Below are positions 10,201-19,059 of a stretch of DNA of 64,000 nucleotides, one piece after another; position 1 is the stretch's first letter, and the number at the start of each line of letters is the position of its first letter. The notes beneath the pieces are model-generated. The model was not told where the DNA came from and did no database searches. It saw only the letters and a list, made by a program, of their open reading frames with translations. Made by a program: the position numbers and the translations under genes. Source of the DNA: a virus (taxonomy: Duplodnaviria; Caudoviricetes). The stretch spans positions 1-64,000 of IMG/VR virus record IMGVR_UViG_3300031813_000005; one strand, 5' to 3'.

Positions 10201-10253
10201 TCATCGGCTGTTGTGGTCCAGCGGAATTGGCTTGTTCTTAATTCACCTGACAT
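7221..10253 (-). CDS. Tail fibre/spike-like virion protein with 40-aa helical repeats and Ig/PKD-like domains
   Basis: Ser/Thr/Gly-rich; YQGTWNA...GDDAVFDGAHWDKI...VISVNTFTGAV fibre motifs; repeated YASASSFSTLNS units; two YxWxIxxGTIxxxTTGxSxTF Ig-like modules. Confidence 0.75.
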   Translation of the reverse strand: MSGELRTSQFRWTTTADDDFVIGNPSDSSTTPKYLVFQTTTTPGISTNPHLSLQWNNTSSAWNFHLNDLSGSGDINLSGAVNTTSNNTFYGINAFTEATTTSISFSPVTLATGGNTQFATTKFVTDEINYLLANPNGLAGTDGSGKIPLSILPSSIIGSLNYQGTWNAATNSPALVSGVGTKGQYFKVSVAGTTTLDGISNWNIGDDAVFDGAHWDKINGSATEVISVNTFTGAVSLTTANIPEAGSLYFLSPARLGDTVISFYTYPSSNLGPIANTDTVAAAFGKLQYQINAGVSEYNTLTTGLGGQSIASYVTAYTTAISSDYASAGELTAITSQVSTLTDSGAITSISSYVSSAITTAGTGYASASSFSTLNSQVQTLTGSGAITSIATYTSGAITAASVNYASASSFSTLNSNFNTLTGGTYTQISSQINNAFSTYTAQGIAIADAINALGTTIGNQNSSVVTSQTSTNGTSATYGLTLNTGLHGSMGMSLSAGNESSAIATVAIVPFTGQTNTIIVSGVPANSYAYGATHYAGPYTASVPTGHTSYLWAISGGTISGSTTGNSVTFNAGFGGTVTLACKIIDTTSDGHGGTISTVSNAVASMNVIAQPLSGSNTTYPVIDSAPANVAPSTTGLTASINSNSLISGHTYTYSWTITNGTITSGTTGSSITFNVGSSGPYCNVTCLLTDTTLSSTASTFTLDASQFNLVDPNTGTPYFSYDGTHHTLTFNGIVTISGSYVPVGGAAADVNANSTTINGGKIVITGANGIVGAINTANGGSNTTTIDGGSVTTNTLTANKLISDFSVTNTIRSTNYAVGTTSTAPVGFKLSGTAYPTTFLGDGSTTNVQFELGTNANFGGHQVATVVNKVFSPTISTGSISYSNSNGTFMSGQGIYITPSTSTRLLIFFPAAIVNSTGAGTATYQVMYGTGTKPAAGAASTGTAVPGLFGTQYFTFTISVNVLHEYYSGSSMAISGLTIGTQYWVDISMVCPTGGTSTTTGTLYVTEF
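8985..9350 (-). repeat. About three degenerate 120-bp (40-aa) tandem repeats in the fibre gene
   Basis: TTAATGTGCTAAAAGA.GA.GCTGAAGC at 9011 and 9131; YASA...TLT...G.I.SI..Y repeated. Confidence 0.8.
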
Positions 10254-10280
10254 TTATATATCCTAATAATTGTGTTATAA

Positions 10281-10288
10281 ACTTAATT
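10281..10288 (-). promoter_or_regulatory. Late-promoter motif AATTAAGT
   Basis: Intergenic, upstream of fibre gene 10253. Confidence 0.65.
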
Positions 10289-10294
10289 AACCGA

Positions 10295-11044
10295 TTAACT
10301 TATAAAAAATTGTTGGTGGCTATGATGACTTATTAACTCTTCTTTAAGAGCCTCTATTTCAGCTTTAGCTTGAGATAATAATTCTGCGTGATTAAGCGTT
10401 TGTTGGTCACCAGTAGCACCTGCTATTGTTGAATATTTACCTCTAATAAGACCTAACATATTTTTACAAATAGCTAAAGTCATCTTTTGTATCCAATAGT
10501 TTCCCCAAGTGTTAGAGGTAGATATAGCATTTTTATCTGGGTCTTGTATTGAATAAACATTTTTAGAATACTCTACAATTATTGGTTGAGACATTTTAGG
10601 ATATGGATATAAAAATAATATACCATCTATTACCCTAAAAGTAATATCATTACCAATTAATCTATCTCTATTTTGAATATACTCGTAAAAAATACCAAGA
10701 TTGGCAGCGCCGTGAAGCATATTTCCAGTTCCTGGGCCAAACGGAGCATTATAAGCAGCAAAACTAAACATGTCTTGTGCTGAGCCAGCCATAATTTGAA
10801 AAGGCATAGGATATACAACGTTTGTAATAGTTCCAAGCTCTTCTGGTACTTGATATTGATTTACACCAGCAATAGCATCTATTGAATAATAACCGCGTTC
10901 AACGGCACCTGTAGCCAAATATTCTGTTAAAGCAACAGTAATAGCTTCATCAATAGCTTCTGGTTCAAGTTCTACACCGATTGTAGGATGTCCTAACATG
11001 TTCATGACATATTTACTTATATCTTCTCTTTTTATCATTGGCAT
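10295..11044 (-). CDS. Neck/head-tail adaptor protein (T4 gp13-like)
   Basis: MLGHPTIGVELEPEAIDEAI N-terminus and WIQKMTLAICKNMLGLIRGKY...LNHAELLSQAKAEIEAL C-terminus, typical of gp13-like proteins. Confidence 0.8.
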   Translation of the reverse strand: MPMIKREDISKYVMNMLGHPTIGVELEPEAIDEAITVALTEYLATGAVERGYYSIDAIAGVNQYQVPEELGTITNVVYPMPFQIMAGSAQDMFSFAAYNAPFGPGTGNMLHGAANLGIFYEYIQNRDRLIGNDITFRVIDGILFLYPYPKMSQPIIVEYSKNVYSIQDPDKNAISTSNTWGNYWIQKMTLAICKNMLGLIRGKYSTIAGATGDQQTLNHAELLSQAKAEIEALKEELISHHSHQQFFIS

Positions 11045-11055
11045 ATAACTAATCC

Positions 11056-13533
11056 TTAAACTGAAATAATATTTATTTCAAGAGTATTTAATACAAGTAT
11101 TTCATATGGTGCTAATGGATTAAGCAGAGTTGATGCTATATCATATGATGTAGATAATGCGGGAAATTGTTCGCTCGTATCTTTATAGCCTGGGATATCA
11201 ACAATAGGAGTGTATGTTTTACTACCACTTGCTACAGTCGTACCATCAGCTAATGTTATTGTAGTAATACCGCCAAGATAAACATCAGCAAAACTAACTC
11301 CGGATACTGTATTTATTGTTCTAATAAAATCAGATGCTTGTAATCCAATACCTAAATCTGTATTATTCAAATTAAAATAATTTATTGTTGCTGTTGTGAG
11401 GTCTTGGTTTACTTGTCCAGTTAAATAACCAGATTTAACTCTCGCATCTATACGTATATCAAGATTTCTTGTTATACCATCTACTATTTCAACAGCTGCG
11501 CCGATTGGCATATATTGATTAAGATAGTTTCGTAATTGATATTTTTCAGTTAAAGTTAATGTAGAAATGCTTGGGGTTGTTGTATTTGCGCTTGTAGTTG
11601 CGGTAGTGTTAGCAGCAATAGATAAAGCATATATTCTAACAATAGCAGCATCAGCCTCTGCTTTTGTTAACGCAACAGCCATTTTGTAATTACTATTAAA
11701 CCGTTTAGCAAGTAATAAATAATCATCTCCTGTTACGGCTCTATCTTGAGATGTATAAAAACGAGTTACAAGCTCTTTTGCTGTTGCTATACTTTCACCG
11801 ACAGTAGATGGAGCAGAAGACATAGTATTACTTAAATCTATATTAACATTACCATAAGTAATAGTTTGATTAGCTTCACTTATACTAACTACATAACCAG
11901 TATTTCCAGTATTATTAGTTCTATATACTATTTTAATATCTGCTGTATTATCTGGTATTCTTCCAAAATTACCATCACCAAATCTTACTTTAGCAGCAAA
12001 ATTGCCATCCCAAGTAGTTTCATATACTGGTTCAGAATAATATGAAGTTTCTATATCAGCTGATATGCCAAGAGCTATAACTTGCGAAGTAGCATCCATT
12101 ACTCTGCCAACAGCTATTTTAGCATTTGGATTATTTTGTAAATAAGCTACGTCAGGATATTTAGTTCCATCTGCTGCTAATAATTGTGTATCTGAAATTA
12201 TTTGTGGTTGTTGAACATTACCAATACCTGGAATATTTATAGATTTACGAGAAAGTAAATATAAAATATCACCAGTTGACCAAGACACATTATTGCCAAA
12301 AGGATCTAAAAATGTTGTTGGAAGTGTTGCGTAGCTTGGAGTATTTGGTGGGGTAGAACCATAAACATAAGAAGGATGAAATATAAGTAAATCTACATAT
12401 TGATTTCCAGCTTGTATTTGCGATGTTAAGTTAGAAACAATACCAAGCCTATATGGAACAGATAATGATAAAAAGTCTGTATAATTTGCTATACTTGCTG
12501 TATTAGTATAATCTATTTCCATTAACATACCAGGAAATAGAGTTCCATTATTCTTTTGTGCTTGAGCAGCCGCAGATAAAACAATTGGAGCGATTAGGTA
12601 TGGAGTATCTGTATTTGTAGTTTGTATTGTAGCCGGACTTGAAAATCCTGCTAAACTTATATAAGGTATTTCAGTCCAAGTATTATAAGCTACTTTACCT
12701 GGAATATTTATATTAGTATCTTGAACTTGAACTATAATATTAGAGTCGAGAACTGGAGAGTTTGATAAAGATATAATTTGGTTAGAAGTTCCATTAGAAG
12801 AAAAATCTTCTATATTTGTTGTTCCAGTGAGAGCAAAACAATTATATGTATTTAATGCTATTTCTGTTGTATTCGCATCAGGGTCATTTGGGTCAGCAAA
12901 AACAAAAGGAGGAATTATTAAATCGCTTAAATAATCTGGTTCAAATACACCTAAACTATTTATTTTTATTGGAAATAGCTCAAAACTTTCTTGTCCAAGA
13001 GTTATAGTTTTTCGAGAAAGAGAAGAAGATAAAATTATTTCAGAACTATTTTCATAAGCAGCGGTTGTAGCATTAGTAGATGAAGACGCATTTCTTACTA
13101 TATTTAATAATAATATACCTGCTTTTGGCCTCGATGGTTTATATTTAAACATATTAAGTAATCTATATGTAGACCAAGAAGATTGAGAAGTATCTAAAAA
13201 TAACTCATTTACCATACTATCCATATGATAACTTAACATCTGACCCATATGAGCCATTAAGTTCATCATCATACCAGCAGTATTGGAGTCTCCAAAGTCT
13301 CTGACACTATAACCAAACTTACTGGCATTAGCACCTAAAAAGTTTATAAGTTGTAATTTAATAGCATCGAAATCTAAATTACTATAATCTATTGGTGGTA
13401 AATTAGGTTTAAACTTTAATAAATCTACATCTAATGGGACAACATAATCAGGAATATTTTGGTCAACTATTATATTTCCTGTTGGGCTAACAACAGGTGT
13501 AATAATAGTTGGCGTGTTATAAATATTTGTCAT
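11056..13533 (-). CDS. Baseplate wedge subunit (T4 gp6 / P2 gpJ-like)
   Basis: LDFDAIKLQLINFL, NELFLDT, VRFGDGNFGRIP and SQDRAVTGDDY motifs. Confidence 0.9.
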   Translation of the reverse strand: MTNIYNTPTIITPVVSPTGNIIVDQNIPDYVVPLDVDLLKFKPNLPPIDYSNLDFDAIKLQLINFLGANASKFGYSVRDFGDSNTAGMMMNLMAHMGQMLSYHMDSMVNELFLDTSQSSWSTYRLLNMFKYKPSRPKAGILLLNIVRNASSSTNATTAAYENSSEIILSSSLSRKTITLGQESFELFPIKINSLGVFEPDYLSDLIIPPFVFADPNDPDANTTEIALNTYNCFALTGTTNIEDFSSNGTSNQIISLSNSPVLDSNIIVQVQDTNINIPGKVAYNTWTEIPYISLAGFSSPATIQTTNTDTPYLIAPIVLSAAAQAQKNNGTLFPGMLMEIDYTNTASIANYTDFLSLSVPYRLGIVSNLTSQIQAGNQYVDLLIFHPSYVYGSTPPNTPSYATLPTTFLDPFGNNVSWSTGDILYLLSRKSINIPGIGNVQQPQIISDTQLLAADGTKYPDVAYLQNNPNAKIAVGRVMDATSQVIALGISADIETSYYSEPVYETTWDGNFAAKVRFGDGNFGRIPDNTADIKIVYRTNNTGNTGYVVSISEANQTITYGNVNIDLSNTMSSAPSTVGESIATAKELVTRFYTSQDRAVTGDDYLLLAKRFNSNYKMAVALTKAEADAAIVRIYALSIAANTTATTSANTTTPSISTLTLTEKYQLRNYLNQYMPIGAAVEIVDGITRNLDIRIDARVKSGYLTGQVNQDLTTATINYFNLNNTDLGIGLQASDFIRTINTVSGVSFADVYLGGITTITLADGTTVASGSKTYTPIVDIPGYKDTSEQFPALSTSYDIASTLLNPLAPYEILVLNTLEINIISV

Positions 13534-13535
13534 TC

Positions 13536-13724
13536 TTACCTTTTAGATGTATAAGCTTCTTTATACCAACCAGAGTTATCAAAAGCAAAAGAAGTACTGG
13601 AAATTATTCTATGAGAAGAGTTTTCAGCACCGCAAATTTCGCAATCTTTAGTTGGTGGAGCAGTATAATGCTCCAATTTTTCAACCGTTTGTTTGCATTT
13701 GCTACACTTATATTCAAAAAGCAT
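13536..13724 (-). CDS. FmdB-family Zn-ribbon protein
   Basis: MLFEYKCSKC...CEICG...RIISSTSFAFDNSGWY matches the FmdB pattern YEYxCxxC...CPxCG...FxFxGSGWY. Confidence 0.85.
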   Translation of the reverse strand: MLFEYKCSKCKQTVEKLEHYTAPPTKDCEICGAENSSHRIISSTSFAFDNSGWYKEAYTSKR

Positions 13725-13725
13725 A

Positions 13726-13950
13726 TTAGGGTACTAAAGTTAAAATATTCTTTTGAATATATTCGTTTATAATATTTGCGTTATAGTTTACATCATGCTG
13801 GTTTGATACTAACCATAAAGACTGGTCAACATCTTCACCGGGTTGTAAAACTAATACAACGTTCTGATGAACACCGTTTACCACTGGTGATGGTACATCA
13901 AACATGGCTAATGATACAGAACCAACTGTTATATTTTTTAATCTTGGCAT
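13726..13950 (-). CDS. Small hypothetical virion-module protein
   Basis: GAGG RBS and late motif; paralogous to the N-terminus of 28882..31452. Confidence 0.7.
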   Translation of the reverse strand: MPRLKNITVGSVSLAMFDVPSPVVNGVHQNVVLVLQPGEDVDQSLWLVSNQHDVNYNANIINEYIQKNILTLVP

Positions 13951-13983
13951 TGTTTATTCCTCACTTATTTAATTGTTTTATAC

Positions 13984-14520
13984 TTAATCACTACCGGTTA
14001 TAGACCCTACAGTTAAACTTGAAATTAAAGCTTGATAATCACCAACAGCAGCATTTACATCTTGATTAATTAATCCCATTAAGTTTTGTAAGTCTATATC
14101 ACACTGTCTTTGTCTACCATATGGATTTAAATGTTGAGTATATGACATATAAGTAATTATGTCATTAAAATCTACTGCTGGATGTATTAAAGTTAAATTT
14201 CCCTGTTGTGGTAAAGGAGTTGTAGAAATCTGATTAGCTACTAAAACCTGTTTTTGTTGAACTGCCGCAATAGCATTTGGTTGTATAGAAGCTACTGTTG
14301 CGCTTTCTTGTAATAATAAGTTTTGCATTTGTAAGGCGATACCAGCTTTTGCCGATAACGCAGCTGAATATACTTTTTGGTCATCAACAGATAACGGTTG
14401 CGGCTTTAAACTTAATGTAGTTATTATACTTTGTTGAGCGGCTTGTTGAGTTAATAAGGTAGCTTTTTGTTGCGCGTAAGCGTCTAATTCATTTTGAACA
14501 GATGGAGAGTTTGTTGACAT
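13984..14520 (-). CDS. Hypothetical Gln/Ala-rich helical protein
   Basis: 178 aa; TAATG coupling to the upstream gene. Confidence 0.7.
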   Translation of the reverse strand: MSTNSPSVQNELDAYAQQKATLLTQQAAQQSIITTLSLKPQPLSVDDQKVYSAALSAKAGIALQMQNLLLQESATVASIQPNAIAAVQQKQVLVANQISTTPLPQQGNLTLIHPAVDFNDIITYMSYTQHLNPYGRQRQCDIDLQNLMGLINQDVNAAVGDYQALISSLTVGSITGSD

Positions 14521-15467
14521 TATGGCTCCGTTCTTATCGCAGGAACATTATGTAATAACTGCTCATTATCTTGTTTTTGTTGTGAAGCCCATAAATTGTT
14601 ATAGTATTCTTTTTCGTTTGGTATACCTGTAGATAAATCATATTGTGCGGCATCTAAATTATTATTTATTTCCGCAAGATATGCTTGAATAGTAGTTATT
14701 TGGTTTTGTAGTGCTAAAGTTTGTCCATCAGGTAAAATTGGAATAGCTACAGTTGGTGTGTTTGTAGATGTATTTGAAGAGCTTGCCGTTGATTGATTTA
14801 AAGCATTTACAACATCAGTATTTAACGATGAGCTATAATATATAAAAGTTCCATCATTACCATAATAGCCGTTTACTCCTGCTTGTGGTGCTTGTGTAGG
14901 AGGAAGTTGTGCCTGTAATTGGTTTAATAACACATTATAATACTGTTCTTGTGCTATATAATGTTCTATATCCATATTATCAGATATAATTCTTTTTTGC
15001 CACTCTATATTTTTAGATAATTTTTGTTTGGCTCTTGCTATAGACCTTGTAAGCCACAATGTTTTTGTATTTAAGTAATTTTGAGCGGCTATTAAATCAG
15101 AGGTAAAATACTCTAAAATAGTGCTTATACTTACAAGAGAAGCTATTAATTTTATTAAATTACTTACAAGTTGTATAGCTGCTGCTACTTCACCTATATA
15201 ATAAGATATAATTTTAATGAGTGGAGTAGGATTAGTACTTGATTGCGCAGTAGCTACTGAAGCATTATATGAAGCGTTTACTTGAGCATACCCAGAAGCA
15301 CATTCTTGATAGAAATTAGATAAATCTTTCCATAAACCTTGAACTTGTTTTTTAGCTTCCGGATCACCGTTTCCTAAACCAATAACTATTGTTCCTATAT
15401 GAGCAGTAAATACTGCTATTTTATTTGATAATGGTTTTATTACACTTGGCCCAAGAGAAGGAGACAT
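14520..15467 (-). CDS. Hypothetical coiled-coil protein
   Basis: 315 aa; translationally coupled on both sides within the structural operon. Confidence 0.7.
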   Translation of the reverse strand: MSPSLGPSVIKPLSNKIAVFTAHIGTIVIGLGNGDPEAKKQVQGLWKDLSNFYQECASGYAQVNASYNASVATAQSSTNPTPLIKIISYYIGEVAAAIQLVSNLIKLIASLVSISTILEYFTSDLIAAQNYLNTKTLWLTRSIARAKQKLSKNIEWQKRIISDNMDIEHYIAQEQYYNVLLNQLQAQLPPTQAPQAGVNGYYGNDGTFIYYSSSLNTDVVNALNQSTASSSNTSTNTPTVAIPILPDGQTLALQNQITTIQAYLAEINNNLDAAQYDLSTGIPNEKEYYNNLWASQQKQDNEQLLHNVPAIRTEP

Positions 15468-16327
15468 TATAATCCTCCATTAAGCTCTATACCAGGAGTG
15501 CCAGGACCTAATCCTATTTCTAAAACTGGTTTTACTAATGGAGTATTATTAATAGTTGGGGTTAACCAACCTTCAACCTCTACTCTAACAGTACCACGAA
15601 CTATACGTCTATCAGTTCCCGGTATAAAATTACTATTATCTGTACTTGAAATTAAATTCATTTTAGCATATGGCATATAAAAAGAACGCTGTGTTTCATC
15701 AATATAATCATATAAATCAGTAAGATACGAATACGGATTAAAATCTGATTGAAAAGCAGTTAATAATTGATGATAATGTTCTCTATATTCACACCAAATA
15801 TCTATTTGATATGAATAGTTCATGGGTTGTGGAAAATGAGTTGTAAATACCCTACCTTGTGATACAGCGGGATCGCAACTTTTTACTGGTTTGTATCTCC
15901 AACGAACAACTGGATCTACTGCTCTTTTATTATCGTATTTCATATCTGTCATATAATATGAAATTACTGGTAATACTATTCTATCTGTTATTGAAGCATT
16001 TGGAAATACTCCAGATGCTGGTCTTTTACCTTGTTTTGTTTCAGGCATGTTATCAGAAAAGGCTAAATTAGGAGCAGCATATTTTATAGGTATATCAATG
16101 TATTTATTTTGTTTTACATCATATACTTTTGATTTACTATCCCTTAAATAATCTCCAATTTTCATAGCATATAGTCTAACATCACCAATATAGATTGTAT
16201 CTACTGTATTGTGATATGTGTATAGCATGAAGTTTCTGGCAAATGACCCTAAACTCTCATTAGGAGTTGTTGTAGGTAAAGAGTTTCCAGGTCTGTTTTC
16301 TTTATTGGAATGATTAATTTCTGTCAT
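15467..16327 (-). CDS. Tail sheath stabiliser/terminator (T4 gp15-like)
   Basis: IPIKYA, LPVISYYMTDMKYDNKR and PQPMNYSYQIDIW...QLL...FNP motifs. Confidence 0.75.
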   Translation of the reverse strand: MTEINHSNKENRPGNSLPTTTPNESLGSFARNFMLYTYHNTVDTIYIGDVRLYAMKIGDYLRDSKSKVYDVKQNKYIDIPIKYAAPNLAFSDNMPETKQGKRPASGVFPNASITDRIVLPVISYYMTDMKYDNKRAVDPVVRWRYKPVKSCDPAVSQGRVFTTHFPQPMNYSYQIDIWCEYREHYHQLLTAFQSDFNPYSYLTDLYDYIDETQRSFYMPYAKMNLISSTDNSNFIPGTDRRIVRGTVRVEVEGWLTPTINNTPLVKPVLEIGLGPGTPGIELNGGL

Positions 16328-16348
16328 AAAGCTTTCTTACACAAGTAT

Positions 16349-16873
16349 TTAGACGTATATGATCCAGGTAATTATCAATGAAATAGTGCTTGATTTTGAA
16401 ATACTTGGAAATCTTTTAATAGCAAAAGCTGTCGGAGTAGCAGTATTTAACATTAAAGCTAATTCACTTAAAGCTTGACCATTTAAAGCGGTTATAGCTG
16501 TTTGTCCAGGTAATGAGGTTGCTGGTATAATTATAGAAAATACAGCTCTTGGGCTCGGAGCAGTTTCAGGAGTAGCTGTAAATAAATAATCAGTTCCATT
16601 TACTAATCCTGTAATTGGAGCTATTACAGATACTTCAGACGGAGATACAGATAGGGCTACATTAGTATTCCCAGTTATAGTCCCTCCTGTACCAAAAGCT
16701 ATATCATAAATATAAGAACTTCCATTGGTGTTGGTTAAAAAATTACAAATGTTGTTTCTTCCATTAGAGACAATTAGATTTTTGTCTTCCATAACAGTAG
16801 AAATAATACCGTTGCTATCAACAGATTGTATTAATACTTCGCCTTTTACATGTAGTAAATCTTTTAGTTTCAT
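16349..16873 (-). CDS. Putative baseplate/tail protein
   Basis: KGEVLI...KNLIVSNG...IAFGTG...LSELAL...FPSISK...ITWII pattern seen in myophage baseplate-region proteins. Confidence 0.6.
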   Translation of the reverse strand: MKLKDLLHVKGEVLIQSVDSNGIISTVMEDKNLIVSNGRNNICNFLTNTNGSSYIYDIAFGTGGTITGNTNVALSVSPSEVSVIAPITGLVNGTDYLFTATPETAPSPRAVFSIIIPATSLPGQTAITALNGQALSELALMLNTATPTAFAIKRFPSISKSSTISLIITWIIYV

Positions 16874-16893
16874 AGTCAGTCTCTAATCCTAAA

Positions 16894-16901
16894 ACTTAAT
16901 T
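16894..16901 (-). promoter_or_regulatory. Late-promoter motif AATTAAGT
   Basis: Just after a terminator, upstream of 16873. Confidence 0.65.
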
Positions 16902-16906
16902 ACCAT

Positions 16907-16936
16907 AAACACAAGGCCCCGATAAGTTCGGGGCCT
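16907..16936 (-). terminator. Intrinsic terminator
   Basis: AGGCCCCGA-N5-TCGGGGCCT 9-bp stem, then TGTGTTT. Confidence 0.75.
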
Positions 16937-16957
16937 ATATTATCACTCATATCACAT

Positions 16958-18325
16958 TTAAAAATTAAAGTTTAAACTTATATTCAAAGCTTTATCATTA
17001 CTTGTATCCATACCCATGACATTATCTAAATCAGAAATATCAACTGGTTGACCGCCTTGTGGTATTACTGAAGGAGCACCTGGGACACCATTGGTTCTAA
17101 CATACTGTCTCATATTAGGAATAGAGTGCTTTGGAGTTGTAGGTTTCTTTACTAAATTGCCTTCTGCGTCTTTACCGATAGTTTCTTGGGCATTTGGAAC
17201 ACCATTATTTTGAGCTACTGTGCCAACAATATCTTTTAATCCAAGCATATCATCGTTTGGAACCCAAAAAGCAGACTCTTTACCAGAAGGATTAGCTTCT
17301 TGTTCGGCTTCCATAGTTCCACACTCTTCTTCAGTGCTACAACCCTCCCCCTCACCAATTTGTGGTTCAGCAGAATTAGTATTTGGCTGGTCCTTACTAT
17401 CACCAGCACCTTTAGTAAAGTCTTTACCTTTTTCTGTAGCTTCTTGTCCATCTTCTTGTGTGTATGAATTATCTACACCAGTTTTATCATCTGGAATTAT
17501 TTCTTTTTCTGTTTTTTCTCCCTCAACTTCTGGAGAAACTTTACCACCAATACCAGACCAAGTGGAATCTGTTTTACCGTCTACTTTAGAAGGATTAGTT
17601 TCATTACCACTAACCTTCATTTCGCCACTTTGATCAACGGAATCTGGGTTCTCATCTTCTGAAACTTCACTATTGCCATCTGTATCAGATACATCTGTCA
17701 TTCCATCAGTTGCTGTATCATCTTCTTCGTCAACTAACATATCTCCAGCTGGCTTTACAGCAACATCACCTTCTTCTGATAAATCAGGAGCAGTTAAAGC
17801 TTCACTATTACTACCACCACCTAATACAGATAACGCGCTCATAATATCTTCTGTAGTATAGATAGGAATAGTAGTAGCTTCTTTAATAGGTACAGCCGAA
17901 GCAGCAGCCTCTTCTTTTGATAATATAAAACCCTGTGTTGGATTTTTTGGGTCAACATAAAGTTTACGACCGTCTGGTAATTCTGTAATTTGAAGATTAG
18001 GATTATTTAAATCCATTTGAGGAGTTGCTTGTGTTGCTGGCTGTCCAGGAGAAGGTGCGGCAGGATTAGCTGGAGCTACTTGAGTTGGTTTTTCTTTTCC
18101 ACCGGGATTTGATGCTGTGTTAGTATTTTGGGGATTAGAAAACTCAGGTTGTTGTATCTGAACATCATTAGCTTTTACTTGTTTATTACTATATGATTTG
18201 TTGAGGTCAGCTGCTGATATAGGAGCAATATCCTCAAGAAAAAGTTTCCTCGTCTCTTTTAATTCAGAAGACATAGAAGTATATTTATCTGCGGCTATTT
18301 TAAATAGAGACTTAGGATTTTTCAT
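16958..18325 (-). CDS. Acidic low-complexity hypothetical protein (possible internal head protein)
   Basis: 455 aa, D/E/P/Q-rich and probably disordered; candidate xxE protease sites (LFLE, PIKEA). Confidence 0.7.
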   Translation of the reverse strand: MKNPKSLFKIAADKYTSMSSELKETRKLFLEDIAPISAADLNKSYSNKQVKANDVQIQQPEFSNPQNTNTASNPGGKEKPTQVAPANPAAPSPGQPATQATPQMDLNNPNLQITELPDGRKLYVDPKNPTQGFILSKEEAAASAVPIKEATTIPIYTTEDIMSALSVLGGGSNSEALTAPDLSEEGDVAVKPAGDMLVDEEDDTATDGMTDVSDTDGNSEVSEDENPDSVDQSGEMKVSGNETNPSKVDGKTDSTWSGIGGKVSPEVEGEKTEKEIIPDDKTGVDNSYTQEDGQEATEKGKDFTKGAGDSKDQPNTNSAEPQIGEGEGCSTEEECGTMEAEQEANPSGKESAFWVPNDDMLGLKDIVGTVAQNNGVPNAQETIGKDAEGNLVKKPTTPKHSIPNMRQYVRTNGVPGAPSVIPQGGQPVDISDLDNVMGMDTSNDKALNISLNFNF

Positions 18326-18329
18326 GTTA

Positions 18330-18875
18330 TTAATTTTCTTTATCAGATTTCTTTAACTTGCCTTTGACTTTCTCAACTATTTCTTCAGCTTTTTCTTCAG
18401 CTTCAGCAACGTCTGCTTTAACTTCAGCAACTACTTCTTCTACTTTTGTTTCAACAGTAGCTACCTCTGTTTTAACTTCAGCAACTACTTCTTCAACCTT
18501 TTCTTCTACTTTTTCTACAATAGTTTCAGCTTTTTGCTCATCAACTTTTACTTCAGCTACTTCTGTTTTTACTTCAGCTACTTCTGTTTTTACTTCATTT
18601 ACTACAACAGCAACTTCTGCTGGTTTTTCAAGAGAAGCCATAAAAGGTTTAATAGGTGCTTGAGCAGCTGGAACTGGAGATGGGGCAGGAGCAGGTTCTG
18701 GTGTTCCTACTTGAACACAACTTAAAATATTTGGAACATAAAGTGTTAATCCTGGATAATCTAATGTTAATGTTGCTCCTGGCTGAAAAGACTTGATGCT
18801 TACGCTATTTTGGTCTTTTGCTGACAGTATTAAGTTTTGTGTTTGATTAGTAATATTTTTATAAATATAGTTCAT
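18330..18875 (-). CDS. Hypothetical protein: N-terminal beta module, Pro/Ala linker, EVK(T)EVA heptad tail
   Basis: 181 aa, GAGG RBS, repeats visible at the DNA level. Confidence 0.75.
   Translation of the reverse strand: MNYIYKNITNQTQNLILSAKDQNSVSIKSFQPGATLTLDYPGLTLYVPNILSCVQVGTPEPAPAPSPVPAAQAPIKPFMASLEKPAEVAVVVNEVKTEVAEVKTEVAEVKVDEQKAETIVEKVEEKVEEVVAEVKTEVATVETKVEEVVAEVKADVAEAEEKAEEIVEKVKGKLKKSDKEN
18546..18597. repeat. 21-bp tandem repeat (2.5 copies) encoding EVKTEVA
   Basis: TTTTACTTCAGCTACTTCTGT x2 plus a partial copy. Confidence 0.9.
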
Positions 18876-19057
18876 TATTTCCTCTTGTTATTAGGATTAC
18901 AAATCCCGCATGTGACTTTACCGGGCAAAGTTTTACAAACACAAGCAACTGTTGTGTTTTCTGGTGTTCTTCTTAATGTAGTACCTTTTCCAACTGGTTT
19001 ATTATATCCACCCGGCGTGACAGAGCCTGTTGTAGTGGCTTCTAATATTCTCTTCAT
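18875..19057 (-). CDS. 60-aa mini-protein with a major-capsid N-arm-like segment and CxC..CxxC tail
   Basis: AGGAG RBS; EATTTGSVTPGGYNK versus major capsid EATTTAATTPGGYNK. Confidence 0.85.
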   Translation of the reverse strand: MKRILEATTTGSVTPGGYNKPVGKGTTLRRTPENTTVACVCKTLPGKVTCGICNPNNKRK

Positions 19058-19059
19058 GT

